Shown piece after piece: positions 1 through 11,027 of a stretch of DNA of 64,000 nucleotides. The first letter of the stretch is position 1; each line of letters begins with the position of its first letter. Below the pieces are notes generated by a model that worked only from the letters and a program-made list of their open reading frames with translations, searched no databases and was not told where the DNA came from. The translations under genes were made by a program, and so were the position numbers. This stretch comes from Bugula neritina (Eukaryota > Animalia > Bryozoa), in contig OZ037772.1 of the NCBI GenBank assembly GCA_964035545.1, positions 8,921,150-8,985,149 on the forward strand, given 5' to 3'.

Positions 1-122
1 AGCAATTATGACTGGATGCTCTTCCTAGCATCACCTTGCAATGGCCTTTGTCTGGGCTCGAACCCATAACCTTCATGCTTACTCTAGGCAAACACTCTAA
101 CCCCTAGACCACGGCTGCTCCC
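1..122 (-). mobile_element. tRNA-headed SINE copy 1 (3' part runs off the window)
   Basis: Reverse complement reads GGGAGCAGCCGTGGTCTAGGGGTTAGAGTG...GGGTTCGAGCCC...AGGAAGAGCATCCAGTCATAATTGCT. It has Pol III A- and B-box-like motifs and the same body as six other copies. Confidence 0.85.
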
Positions 123-378
123 TGTTTTATACTCTAATATTTATAATAAAACAAAAGAAAAACCTGCTTTGAATAAGGCATTAAAAATAAAATGCTCTTT
201 TTTTAGTTAAAATTATTTACTCGTGGTGCATATATAACTTCATAGAAAATACAATCTCTAAAATTTCCTAAATTTTATAAGTTTTAAAAATATTGAAATT
301 AAACTCTGCATTTAAAAAAGTGTAAAAATGCTTTATACTTTTAACATCTGCTGTAAAACTTTTTGTCTTTGTATTTAG

Positions 379-1750
379 GTTGGATTAATGAATTTCTGTC
401 ATGGAAAGGGTTTGTCCCATTAGCTAAGCTATCCTACTGCGTCTACCTCATTCATCTACCTATCATATACATCCTAGCCTATGGGTCAAGAAATGGGACT
501 TACTATAGCTTTTTGACTTCTGTAAGCATACCTTTCCGCACTCTTTATTATTTAAACATTGATTTCTTGATTTTAACCTTCCGATCATTTGTATTCGTAG
601 ACTGTAGCATGTAATAATGTACATACAATACAATATAAATAGCAACCCACGCATAAGTATTATACACAAGTAATAATAGTATAATGAGAATATATAAAAT
701 AAAGCATAATATGATAGCATATTATTAATATTATTGTATGCAATGACATTAAATATACATGTATACACGCGCAATAATAAAATGAATAAGCTAAACAATA
801 AATTGCATATAATCTAATAAAAATAGCAATATTATATTGTCAAATTTAATAAGATATTATTGTAAATATGCTGATATAAAGAACAATTCTTATAACAATG
901 AGTATAATATTATATAAGTATTATTAACTCCATGAAATCTCTCCGTAATACCAATATTGGGGACAGTAACTCTTTTAATTCAATATCCTGTAATACTAAT
1001 AAGTTCCTGCATAGCTTCCTCATTAGAACAGCCCGTGAACTACGCACGGGAGAAACACTAGCAGACTAATAAAAAAAGACCTGAACATCCGATAGTTCCA
1101 CCTTTCCCCTATTTGGGGTCTTGAAACTAAATCAAGACAAGACAAGACAATATAAATGCATATTATATATGTAATAGTAAGAATAAGACACATAATATAA
1201 TATTAAATGCAATAATAATATATAAATAACAACATAAATAATAACTTATGCAAAAATTTATAAATTGTTACAAATTTATTAATATTACATATAGTTAATA
1301 TTTTCATTATAAATAAATTATTTTTCGTTAAGTACATAAATAGTAACATAAATAGCAATGTTCACAGAGATATATCAATAAAATTCACTAAAGCTGAGAA
1401 AAATGAAAAATATAAGATGTAATGTAAGCGAAGAAAATATTTTATTTAAATTATTTTTAAAGGTTGCGTAACATACTCTGCCTTTTAAAGTTTTATAACA
1501 TTTTTATTAGATATAAATTAAGCTTTTGTCTATGTTTTAGGGGACAGATGTAGTGACAATAATATCTCTATCATATCTCCTCTCAATCCCATTCTCAATA
1601 TTATTTGAGATTCCATTCATGAACCTCTTAAAGTTAGCTTACAGTAACGAATCCTGTAAAATCAAAGAGGGAGCAAAAGACAAACCAAGCAAAAACAATT
1701 GCAATAGATTCTACCAGTGTTTTATTTGTATGAATCAGCAAGAATACTAA
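379..1750 (+). CDS. Last two exons of an NRF-6/OAC-like (acyltransferase 3 family) multipass membrane protein; 5' part outside the window
   Basis: Exon 379-521 (AG..GT) encodes WINEFLSWKGFVPLAKLSYCVYLIH, typical of nose-resistant-to-fluoxetine-6-like proteins. Phase-0 splice to exon 1541-1750 (GTDVVTIISLSYLLSIPFSILFEIPFMNL; FExPF motif), stop TAA at 1748-1750. Confidence 0.85.
1031..1061 (+). mobile_element. Helitron/Helentron-like terminus
   Basis: GC-rich hairpin CCCGTG-aactacg-CACGGG (1032-1050) followed 7 nt later by CTAG (1058-1061), in otherwise AT-rich intron. Confidence 0.4.
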
Positions 1751-3317
1751 TTTGAGTAATTTGAATTACTTTTAACTTTTATTGTTTTAGCTAAGACAAT
1801 ATATTTTCAATGCTTGAAACTGAAGTTTTTGATATATAAACTATGTGAATTAGATATGTATAGGGTTGGCCTTAGTAAGCTAATTATAGTCAACAATTAT
1901 CTCTATATATATACCAGTCTAATATTACATTACATTCTCAAATAATAAAAATAATTATAAAGAGCTTTCTGACAAGAGTTGCCCACTCTTGCCGCTAAAA
2001 CAAGCTGATTTAATATTATAAATTATTTTCATGGCTTCAACTCTTTTTATCGAGTAAATAAATTAGTTGGCTTTCAATCTTTACACAAAATACATGCATT
2101 TTAAAATTTAATATAGCAATTTTACTCCTTTTTCAATTCCTGGATGACATTTTTTAAATTTTTGTAGTTCCTATTTAGTTTTTTCAATGAAACCTCTTAA
2201 GATTGAGAATAGTAAATATGTTACTAGTAAGTAGAAGTTGTAAGTATTACTTAGCCTGTGAATGCCAGTTTAAAAAGTCTCCTCACTACCCCTATCATTG
2301 AGCGCTAGTAAATTAGGTTATTTCTAAAGTATTTTGCTTTGGGATAAAATTGCTTTTTCGACTTTAAAAAGATGCAATGAAGCAACTGTTCTGTATTTAC
2401 TGTCATTAAGAAAAAAATTAAGATATTCGTTTTGCTTCAAAATATCACTTTATTTAAAAGCCTACAAAGGTAAGGAGTTACATTTGTTGCATAATGTAGT
2501 ATCTTCTTACAATCACAGCTTTTCTTGTTCCTTGTAGCAATAACCATTCTGTTGATAGCTAGATTATCAACTTACATGCATTGTAAATATCAATTGTACC
2601 TATGCAAATGAAGCTCAAGTTGACTGCCCAATGCACAATAAATCTCTTCATGAAAGAACACTATAGATGCCATTGATAACAGTGTTTTGTTATTGCAGTT
2701 GCCTGACGACAAGATCGAATTTTTCAAAGCATGAACATTGGCAGTTGAAAGTGTGACGTTAGCACAGTACTGATGTACTAGTATGCCATTCATTGAATAC
2801 TGTAAGAAATCTGAAATTGCAGGAAAATGTGACACTTGATGGTGAGTGCAGGTGCTTGGGTGACACTCTTTTAACAGTAAGGGCAGGTGCTTTATCTCTA
2901 CAAGTTAGTTTAACTGCACTACTTTCTTGCCTGTTTTATAAAGATTTTACTTTATGTATGAAATGTTGCAGCAATGTTAGCAGTCATACAGTTTGTAAAA
3001 CCTTACTATATTGAGAGTTATAGGCACGACTGTGACACGTTGCCATAGTGATGGCAGATGCTTTTATAGGTGTTAAAGTATAACATATTGGTCGCATAGA
3101 TGAAGGTTTCTGCATATTATACCTTAGCAAGAATGCAAGCGTTCTTATAGTTGATAATTAGCTAAGTTTATGATATACTAGCTTGGTAGATGTGCATAAA
3201 TGATGCTATAGTATAATAAGAATCACAGGTGCTTGTCTATAGTGCTTTAATGCCATAATTAACGAACTTTATTAAATTAAAGAAATAAGTTCATATAAGG
3301 CATGGGGTGTCACTTTT

Positions 3318-3600
3318 TAGCAGTGACTGCATGTGCTTGCATGTGTTTGAGTGACACATCTCAACAGTGACTGCATGTGCTTGAGTGACACATCTCAACA
3401 GTGACTGCATGTGCTTTAGTGACATATCTCAACAGTGACTGCATGTGCTTGAGTGACACATTTCAACAGTGACTGCGTGTGCTTGAGTGACACCTCTGCA
3501 ACAATAACTGCTTGTCCTTAAGTGACACCCCCTATATAACAGTGACTTCATGTGCATGAGTGACACTTCTCAACAGTAACTGCATGTGCTTGAGTGACAC
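3318..3600. repeat. Minisatellite, ~34-bp unit, about 8 copies
   Basis: Repeated CAGTGACTGCATGTGCTTGAGTGACACATCTCAA with substitutions and small indels. Confidence 0.9.
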
Positions 3601-3840
3601 TGAATTAAGAGCTAACTTGTTAAACTAGCATTTTGTTATCTGATTTATAATAATATATGCACAATTTTTTTCCATCACTAAATATACTAATATGCAGTTT
3701 CTCAGGCAATATTACACTTTCCCTTTTATCCCTAACTTTTCTAATTGTAGATGTTAGCAAAATTCCTCTGCAACTATAATTGTTTCAGATACTGGATTGA
3801 GATGGGTACACCATATTTTTATACCTAATCCTTGAGCAGG

Positions 3841-6800
3841 ATGTCCAGACCGAGGTTGTATTATAAAGGAAGTAGTGAGGGAGAGGAGTCTAACTCTTTT
3901 ATTGAAGAGATAATAAACCGAGTGCCTCTTCTACAAAAGAAGTATGTTTCTGTAACAGAATATTTTGTTTTACAATCTTTGTACTTCCATGGCTTCGAAT
4001 GGATATGTACGGAGCATCCGGTCAGATAAATTTGTGGTTGCGGTTTGTATTCGCTAGTTTCAAAGCTTCAACTTCAAATGGACTTTTTATTCGATGTTTG
4101 AAAACAGTTGCATCGAATAAAACTTAAACAATAAATTCATCCTTAAGGGCAGATCCATCCTTTACATAATGTGAAGTCATGGACAGCAGTGGTTATGTCA
4201 CTTATGCAATGGTTTTTTTATTTGATGCAACTGTTTTCAAGCAGAGAATGGAAAATATATTTGCATAAAGCAAAGCAATGATTAGTTTTGTCGCACGTGA
4301 CCCTTCAAAAAAATATCACAAAGCTACAGGATAAGCTTATTTTGCAAGTCTGGTTTTGACTGCTTTTAATTGATCTCAAACTAGACATCAAAGGCATGGG
4401 ATTATATATAAAGTTTAAGTTAAAAAGTGGCATTATAGATAACTGTGCAAAATACATGAACTTCCAGAAAATCAATATAGTTGGCTATAAAGATACAAGT
4501 TGGCTTGTGATTGGTTGCAGGTACAAGCCGCCACCAGTATGGGGGTCAAATGGTCACATTCAGACAGCCCTCTATAGCTTACTGCGCTCTAGATCTGGTT
4601 TAGATTGCACCAACCTCACGGGTAGCAGATACAGCGTAGAGCTCAATGATGAAACAACCATCACTTACGATATGTTCCTTCCAGATAAAGAACTAACCGG
4701 TAATTTTTGTAAACATAGCAAAGTCACTATTGTTATAGGTAAAGTTTACATAAGGCATTAGGCTTATATTATAACGTTTATATTTGTAATATCTGTAATA
4801 TATATTTGATTATATAATACATAAATAGCAATTTCATATTTTTGAAACTTTAATTAGATTGTTGTTAACTATCCTGTTGCTGTAATAACGTTATTCCTTT
4901 TTGAATTTTTGAATCAATAATCATTTTATATCAAGCATTATATATAAACTAGAGTGAGCAACCTTGGTCTAGGGGTTAGGGCGTTTGCCTATAGTCAACA
5001 TGAAGTCATGGGTTCGAACCCGACAAAGGCCATTGGTGATGCTAGTAAGAGCATCCAGCCATAGCTGCTCCTGTGCCGTCCATTTAACAAAAAATCTTTT
5101 CTATCAGGAGTTTTCTCACATGGATAGTGACTATAATAAAATATTTTAATTGTTACAGAAACTAGAAGCTCCATTACTCTGGCGGTGTGTCCAGGTCTTG
5201 CCAACTCCAGTGAAAATCTCTACATAAAAGCCTTTACTCTGCAGGCCACAAGAATTGGTTACAGGGTGGCTGCTCTCAACCATCTGGGGACTACAGATGA
5301 CCCCCTCACTTCACCCAGGCTTTTCACACTAGGTCACAGGCTAGAGTATAACATACGCAGTTTTCTGATTATATTTATTTGTAGTGCAATTTCATCCTTC
5401 ATTTTTGCATGCATTTATCTCACCACAGTATTATATAGTATTTCTATGCTGTATTATATTATAGGCTATTATATTATTTTATATTTTATTATGTTTATTA
5501 TATTACATATGTTATGTTATGTTATATATAACTTTATATTATATAATATATATCAAATTGCATCATGTATCACATATTATGCATTGCGTTATAGATTACA
5601 AATTATTATTTTAGATTCAGATAATGCAATTGCCGGTTTTATATTGAAAACACCATTTCTATATATAAATAAATAAATAAAAATGCTGTCAATGAATTGA
5701 CAGCATTTTTATTCTTATAAATTTATAAAGCTGTAGTTATAGTCAGAATGAAAACTGAAATCGACTGCTGCCTAAAAATTTAACGGGGAAAAGCTTTTTT
5801 GTTTACTAAATAAACAAAGTACACTTGTATTTGGGATACCTTTGTATCCATTCTTAGAGTTAATTGAGTGATCATACAGAAATGAGAATTGCATTCAGTT
5901 AACACTAAAGATGGATACAAGGGGATTTGAAATATGTGTTTATTTTATTCAGTTGAATAAATAAAATGGTAAACAAAAATGTTGCTCAATTATTTATTTT
6001 AAGGAAATTACTAGCCTCAAAAGATATTATAATCATGCGATACAGTTTTGAGACTATTGGCATATTTATCAATCTATATATTTTATCATATGCAGAATCC
6101 TCAGAAGAATATGGTGCTATGGTAAGGGACGTCATGGAGAAGCACCCAACATCAAAGCTAATAGCAGTGGGATTTTCACTAGGCGGGTCGTTAGTCTGCA
6201 AGTATCTTGGTGAAAATAAAGAGAATCAGACAAATTTTATAGCCTGTCTTTCTCTGTGTCAGGGCTACAACTTCCGAAGGTGTGTAGTACCACCCTTACT
6301 CTGTTTAAAAAATAAAATTTGCAAGAATACATGCTATAATATATGATATGATATGTCATAATTACAGCTACAATGATATGATGGTGCTAGATGATATAAA
6401 TTATAAATCAATTAGTATATAATGTTTTAAGATATCAACTATGACATAATATACGTAGCATTTCAGAATTAAATGTAATAAAGTAATTTATGAAATTATA
6501 TAATAATACTTAGTAAACTACGTGGTGAGCTATAACATATGGTATTATGCAATGTGTATATGGAGTGGTATGATATGTTATACAGTAAACTATATTATGA
6601 TATATGAGTTGTTATAACTTAAAGTTACGAAGAGTCTACTGCTGAGGGATATAAACTATAGCATATATTTTATTTGAAAAATATATTACTTATTATAATA
6701 ATAAATATGCTTCCATTATACTTTAAAACATTATGTGAAATATAGCACAAATTTTATACTTGTTTGTAAACATAAATATGTTTTCACACTTATATTAAAA

Positions 6801-9800
6801 TCAAGCTGACTCTTTTACAAATCAGCTTATTTGTACTATGCATCATAGATGTAAAGTAGGTTATTTTTAGCTATTGTACCAAACTTATATATGACTTATT
6901 GGAAATGTTGTGTGATATTATTGGAAGTATCTTTTATAAATGACCACTCATCCCAATTATTTCATTCTTTTACTCAAAATCAGATATAGCTAATGTAGTA
7001 GTTCCTTAGAGAAACAACATTGTAATATCTGTATCTTTTAGAATGATTGAGTTAATAAAAGGCGCCACTAAAATTAAAACATTTTACGCAAAGCAGTTAA
7101 CTAACAAAGTTAAGTTAAACATGGCAAAAAACTGGGACTATATTAAACATCAAGTGAGGCAAGGAGAGCTAGTGCCTAGCCATAGTCTAGCAGAGAAGAC
7201 AACTTCAACAGAGAGGACAACTCCCAGAGAAAAGACAACTCCAATCGACAGTAATGATGCCTCTTTAAATGTCAGTGGTGATTCCAAAGCTAATGATATG
7301 TCAAGAAAGACAGATGCCGAATACCAAAAGATGATGAAATGCAAACTAATGCCACAACTGGATGAATTTGTTACTTTGTAAGTATATTTAGAAACTATAG
7401 CAAACTATAAATTTACAAAATCATTCTATAAGCAGCTCCAAGTTGGGGTGATTGGGTGCAGTAGTTTGAGGATCTCGAGTTTGAAATTTTGAGTCCCTAA
7501 TTCCAAACTCAAGATCCCAAACTGCTGCACTCAATCACCCCCAACTCAGGGCTGCATATAGGTGATTTCAAACGTACAGGCTGTTACTTGTTCTATTTCT
7601 TTTGTACCCTTTCTCAGGCCAAAACTTTGAACATGAATAACCCAAAATATAGATGTAGGGTACACATATGAAAATAGCTAAAAAAGCAAGCAAAAGTTTA
7701 AAATTTTACATTTTTTATATCATGCATATACTGAAGACATAGTTTTATGACAGTCATTATTATTAATGAACGCAGTTTTTTAGAATCAATTATTGCAAAG
7801 GCAATCTTTTCTTGAGCTATTTTTGTTGTGGTAGATTTTTCATGGTAAGAATGGGTTGATTTGGCTTTATTCCAACGATTCGTTGTTTTATTGCATCTGA
7901 ATATTATATGTATGGCAAGTAACTGTTAGTCTATTAGCAAGCATTTTCTTTAAAATTGTGAATTTAATAAATATTCTTATAAAGGTGTTACTGCATTGAT
8001 TGCAAAATTATGTAAAGACACTTCTTATTTTAGATCGCACAGTTTGTATTAGTGTTTATACAAGTTCTGTTATGAAAGCGGAAACCATTGTGCGCAGCAT
8101 TTTTGTTGACTGCATGTAGCGACTATGGAAACTAAAGCAACTGTACTCGCTACAGTAACTGCATGTGTTAATACTTACTGTAATACTGTTAATACTCCAC
8201 TGGCCTATCTACTACTCCTTCAGTCATCAGGCTATCCTGGCCACTCAACTTCCTCGGAGTACTACAACTACACTTCACTAAAGGCCGAAATAGCTTGTAA
8301 AATAATCGCCCCCGCTGGGAATCGAGCCCGAGTCCTCTGTCTTGCAAGCAAGTGTGCTACCATTACACCACGGAGGCCACTGGGTAAACTCAACGCTACA
8401 CTTACTCACTCTGTTTATTATCTGTCACTGTTTATCTGCATGTAGGAAACTGTCAGGACATGCCACAATTGATGAGTACTACACTAGTGCTAGTAGCTGT
8501 AACTATTTACACAATGTGAGTAACAATTTTTGTATAAGTTATATAATAATCATAATATAATATAATTGTATAAATTACAACACTTTTATTTATGGCTGCG
8601 TTGCGATTTGATATTGTAAAGATTGCTAGCTGAACATCCTAAATAGCTGTTTGATCATATGTGCAACTTTTATACCAATCACCTATAAAGCTTGGCTTTG
8701 CCAGATTTTGAGTCACTTAAGTAAGATGCACTGAAGTCAAATATTGTCTTTTTTTATTGAAAGACATTGTGTTGTTTATGCAGCCATAGCTATGCACCCA
8801 ACACTTATGCAATAAGCTTCTAAATATGCATGCTTACTTATATGCTTATTGCAGTAATATGCTTATCTATATAATAGGTTAGTTGTAAAAGCAACCAATA
8901 ATGTCATGACTACCAGCAAACTATTTTCTTGTGAATTATTGGGGTGCATCAACAGGAAATCACAACTTTTGATATTCATAAGATATTTTGTACAGGCATG
9001 AACTCATGTAGTTCATTTATTGCGAAATCAGGAAACAACTCTATCATCTTTTTTTCTGAATACACTTTATGAGGTGTCCAACTTTCATCTAGCTCCTGAA
9101 GTATGCAGAATATAGTATAATATCATAATTAATAATAACATATTATCTGTCTCATAGATTGATCTTCCCACATTATTTGTAAACTCGAAAGATGATCCGT
9201 TGTATGCGAGAGAGTTGCTTGACTACCCTTTCCAAAGAGCAAGTAAGTGTTAAGTTTTGCGCTAAGTTTTATATTTTTTAACACAGCATATTTTTTAAAA
9301 TTACATTCGATATACCTGTGCTTTGCAAAGATTACTCTTATATATATTACTTTGATAACACATATCAATGCACATAAAGTTAAATTTTTTCTAAGCATGT
9401 ATTAAAGGTGTTGGTATTTGATAACACATGCCATAAAAGCTGCTATTGCTAAAACATCATTTTGATTTCCCATTGTTCAGCTAGCCATGAAAAATCATTG
9501 TTTGTCTTGACAACGCATGGTGGCCATCTTGGATTCTTCAAAAAGACAGGGCAGTCCATGATAGACCCAACCACATGGCTGGAGGAAATGATACTGGAGT
9601 ATATAAACGCAGTGGTGGATACATCACAGGGGGTGACTACAGAACACCTTCAAGGTTTGTAGCTTGTGCAGGTAGTGGATGAAATTGCAGCATATAATCT
9701 GAAGATTCAAGTTGCTCATAAAATGCATTTTCGTGCTATGCAAACAATCATGCTTTAGAAGCTGTGAATTTGCAATTGGCGTTTGGTTAACAGCGTAGGG

Positions 9801-10281
9801 AGCAGCCGTAGTCTAGGGGTTAGAGTGTTTGCCTAGTAAAGACAAAGTCCTAGGTTTCATCCCCAGTAAAGGCCATTGCATAGTGATGTTAGGAAGAGCA
9901 TCCAGTCATAATTGCTTCTGTCCTTCATCTGCATTATAATTATAAGTTCTTAGCCCGATTTAACAAAAAAACCTTTCAATCAGGGGTTTCTCGCAGAGAC
10001 TGCGACTATAAACTTGGGTGAGATTTGGTTGACATTGTATGAGAGTAACATATTAATTGTATTTGGCAGGTGCGACAGCTCTTGCAAGTGCATCTGTTAA
10101 AGGGCAGACAACTCCATGCCAAATAGCCGCGTCCAGTGAGGACTTCAATGAAAATAATAATAATTGCAAAATGCGCAAATCTGTATCTCTCCATCACCAG
10201 CTATACAATTATATGCCTAGAAGTTGGAGTTCCATCACTGTCCAGGAAGAAATCTTGAGAAGAACTTCTGAATGGAATTAG
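3841..10281 (+). CDS. ABHD2: ABHD2-like alpha/beta hydrolase (monoacylglycerol lipase ABHD2 family), 9 coding exons
   Basis: Phase-consistent GT-AG exons 3841-3941, 4521-4699, 5159-5332, 6096-6279, 7042-7377, 8446-8515, 9158-9242, 9481-9654, 10070-10281 (or stop at 9662 if the last intron is not spliced). Motifs: YKPPPVWGSNGHIQT, CPGLANSSENLYI, nucleophile GFSLGG, NSKDDP (Asp), HGGHLGFF (His). Start codon and last exon are less certain. Confidence 0.88.
4956..5136 (+). mobile_element. tRNA-headed SINE copy 2 (ABHD2 intron)
   Basis: TGGTCTAGGGG A-box-like, GGTTCGAACCC B box, AGAGCATCCAGCCATA core, tail TTCTCACA..GACTATAA. Confidence 0.85.
5839..5922. repeat. Imperfect inverted repeat (foldback/MITE remnant)
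   Basis: CCTTTGTATCCATTCTTAGAGTTAATTGAGTG (5839-5870) is approximately complementary to CATTCAGTTAACACTAAAGATGGATACAAGG (5892-5922). Confidence 0.6.
7432..7555. mobile_element. Palindromic MITE-like element, family A
   Basis: GCAGC..AGTTGGGGTGATTGGGTGCAGTAGTTTG..GAGTTTG pairs with CAAACTC..CAAACTGCTGCACTCAATCACCCCCAACT..GCTGC. TA-rich flanks. Diverged copy at 47032-47168. Confidence 0.75.
8307..8377 (-). pseudogene. tRNA-like sequence (GCA at anticodon position), probably pseudo-tRNA
   Basis: GCCTCCG TG GTGT AATGGTA GCAC A CTTGC TTGCAAG ACAGA GGAC TCGGG CTCGATT CCCAG CGGGGGC G followed by ATTATTTT. Acceptor and D stems pair. Anticodon stem has two C-A mismatches, T stem has one, and T-loop TTC is CTC. 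Confidence 0.6.
9798..10014 (+). mobile_element. tRNA-headed SINE copy 3 (ABHD2 last intron or 3' UTR)
   Basis: GGGAGCAGCCGTAGTCTAGGGGTTAG...AGGAAGAGCATCCAGTCATAATTGCT...GGGGTTTCTCGCAGAGACTGCGACTATAAACT. Confidence 0.88.
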
Positions 10282-11027
10282 ATATGAATTGAAATTCATT
10301 CAAGATATGGGATAACTCCCAATTGGACATAAAATTCCCGATTAGAGAATATTCCTGCCTCTAAAATGGCTGCTTTAGTCCCTTACGCTGCAGCCCTTCC
10401 GTGACAATGAACATTTTTTAATCTGCATGTTATGCTATTTTAAAATTAAAAAATATTACCCTTTTGTGCAGCGTTATTATTTTACCAATTTAATTTTTTT
10501 AATTGTGTATTTGCTGGTGCAACACTCAAGATAATCGTGCACATAATTATTTAGTTCTTATGAAACAGATCCATCTATTTGTTATTTTTTTACTTGTAGT
10601 ACCAGAATTTTCAAAGTACTTCACAAAAATATATAGTACAAGTCCTGATCCAATTGCCATAGTCTTTCAACAATTACAAGGTAGAATATTTTAGAAGAGA
10701 GTACCACATGAAAATTAAAGCTGACACTTTAGGGAATGCAGGACTTTAAGCTTTGTTCGTTGTTTTTCATTTTGGAAATTTACATTAGCACTTTAACAGC
10801 CAATAGTTGAGATCTTAAACTGTTGGAACATTTTCACTATTATTGAGAAGTTGAATGCCATCCCAACATATGAATAGAATACATGTGCATCAAAGGATCA
10901 AGCTGAAAGATGATGCAAGGAAAACTATTCAAAAAGTAGCTCATTTTCTATAAAATCAACACAACATTCCGTAGAGTGGAGATGATGGTTTATTCTCAAC
11001 AAATATACAGAACATTACACAGAAATA

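Noticed and set aside
3318-3600. CRISPR-like appearance of the 34-bp repeats
   Set aside because: Units are contiguous with no unique spacers, there are no cas genes, and the context is eukaryotic.
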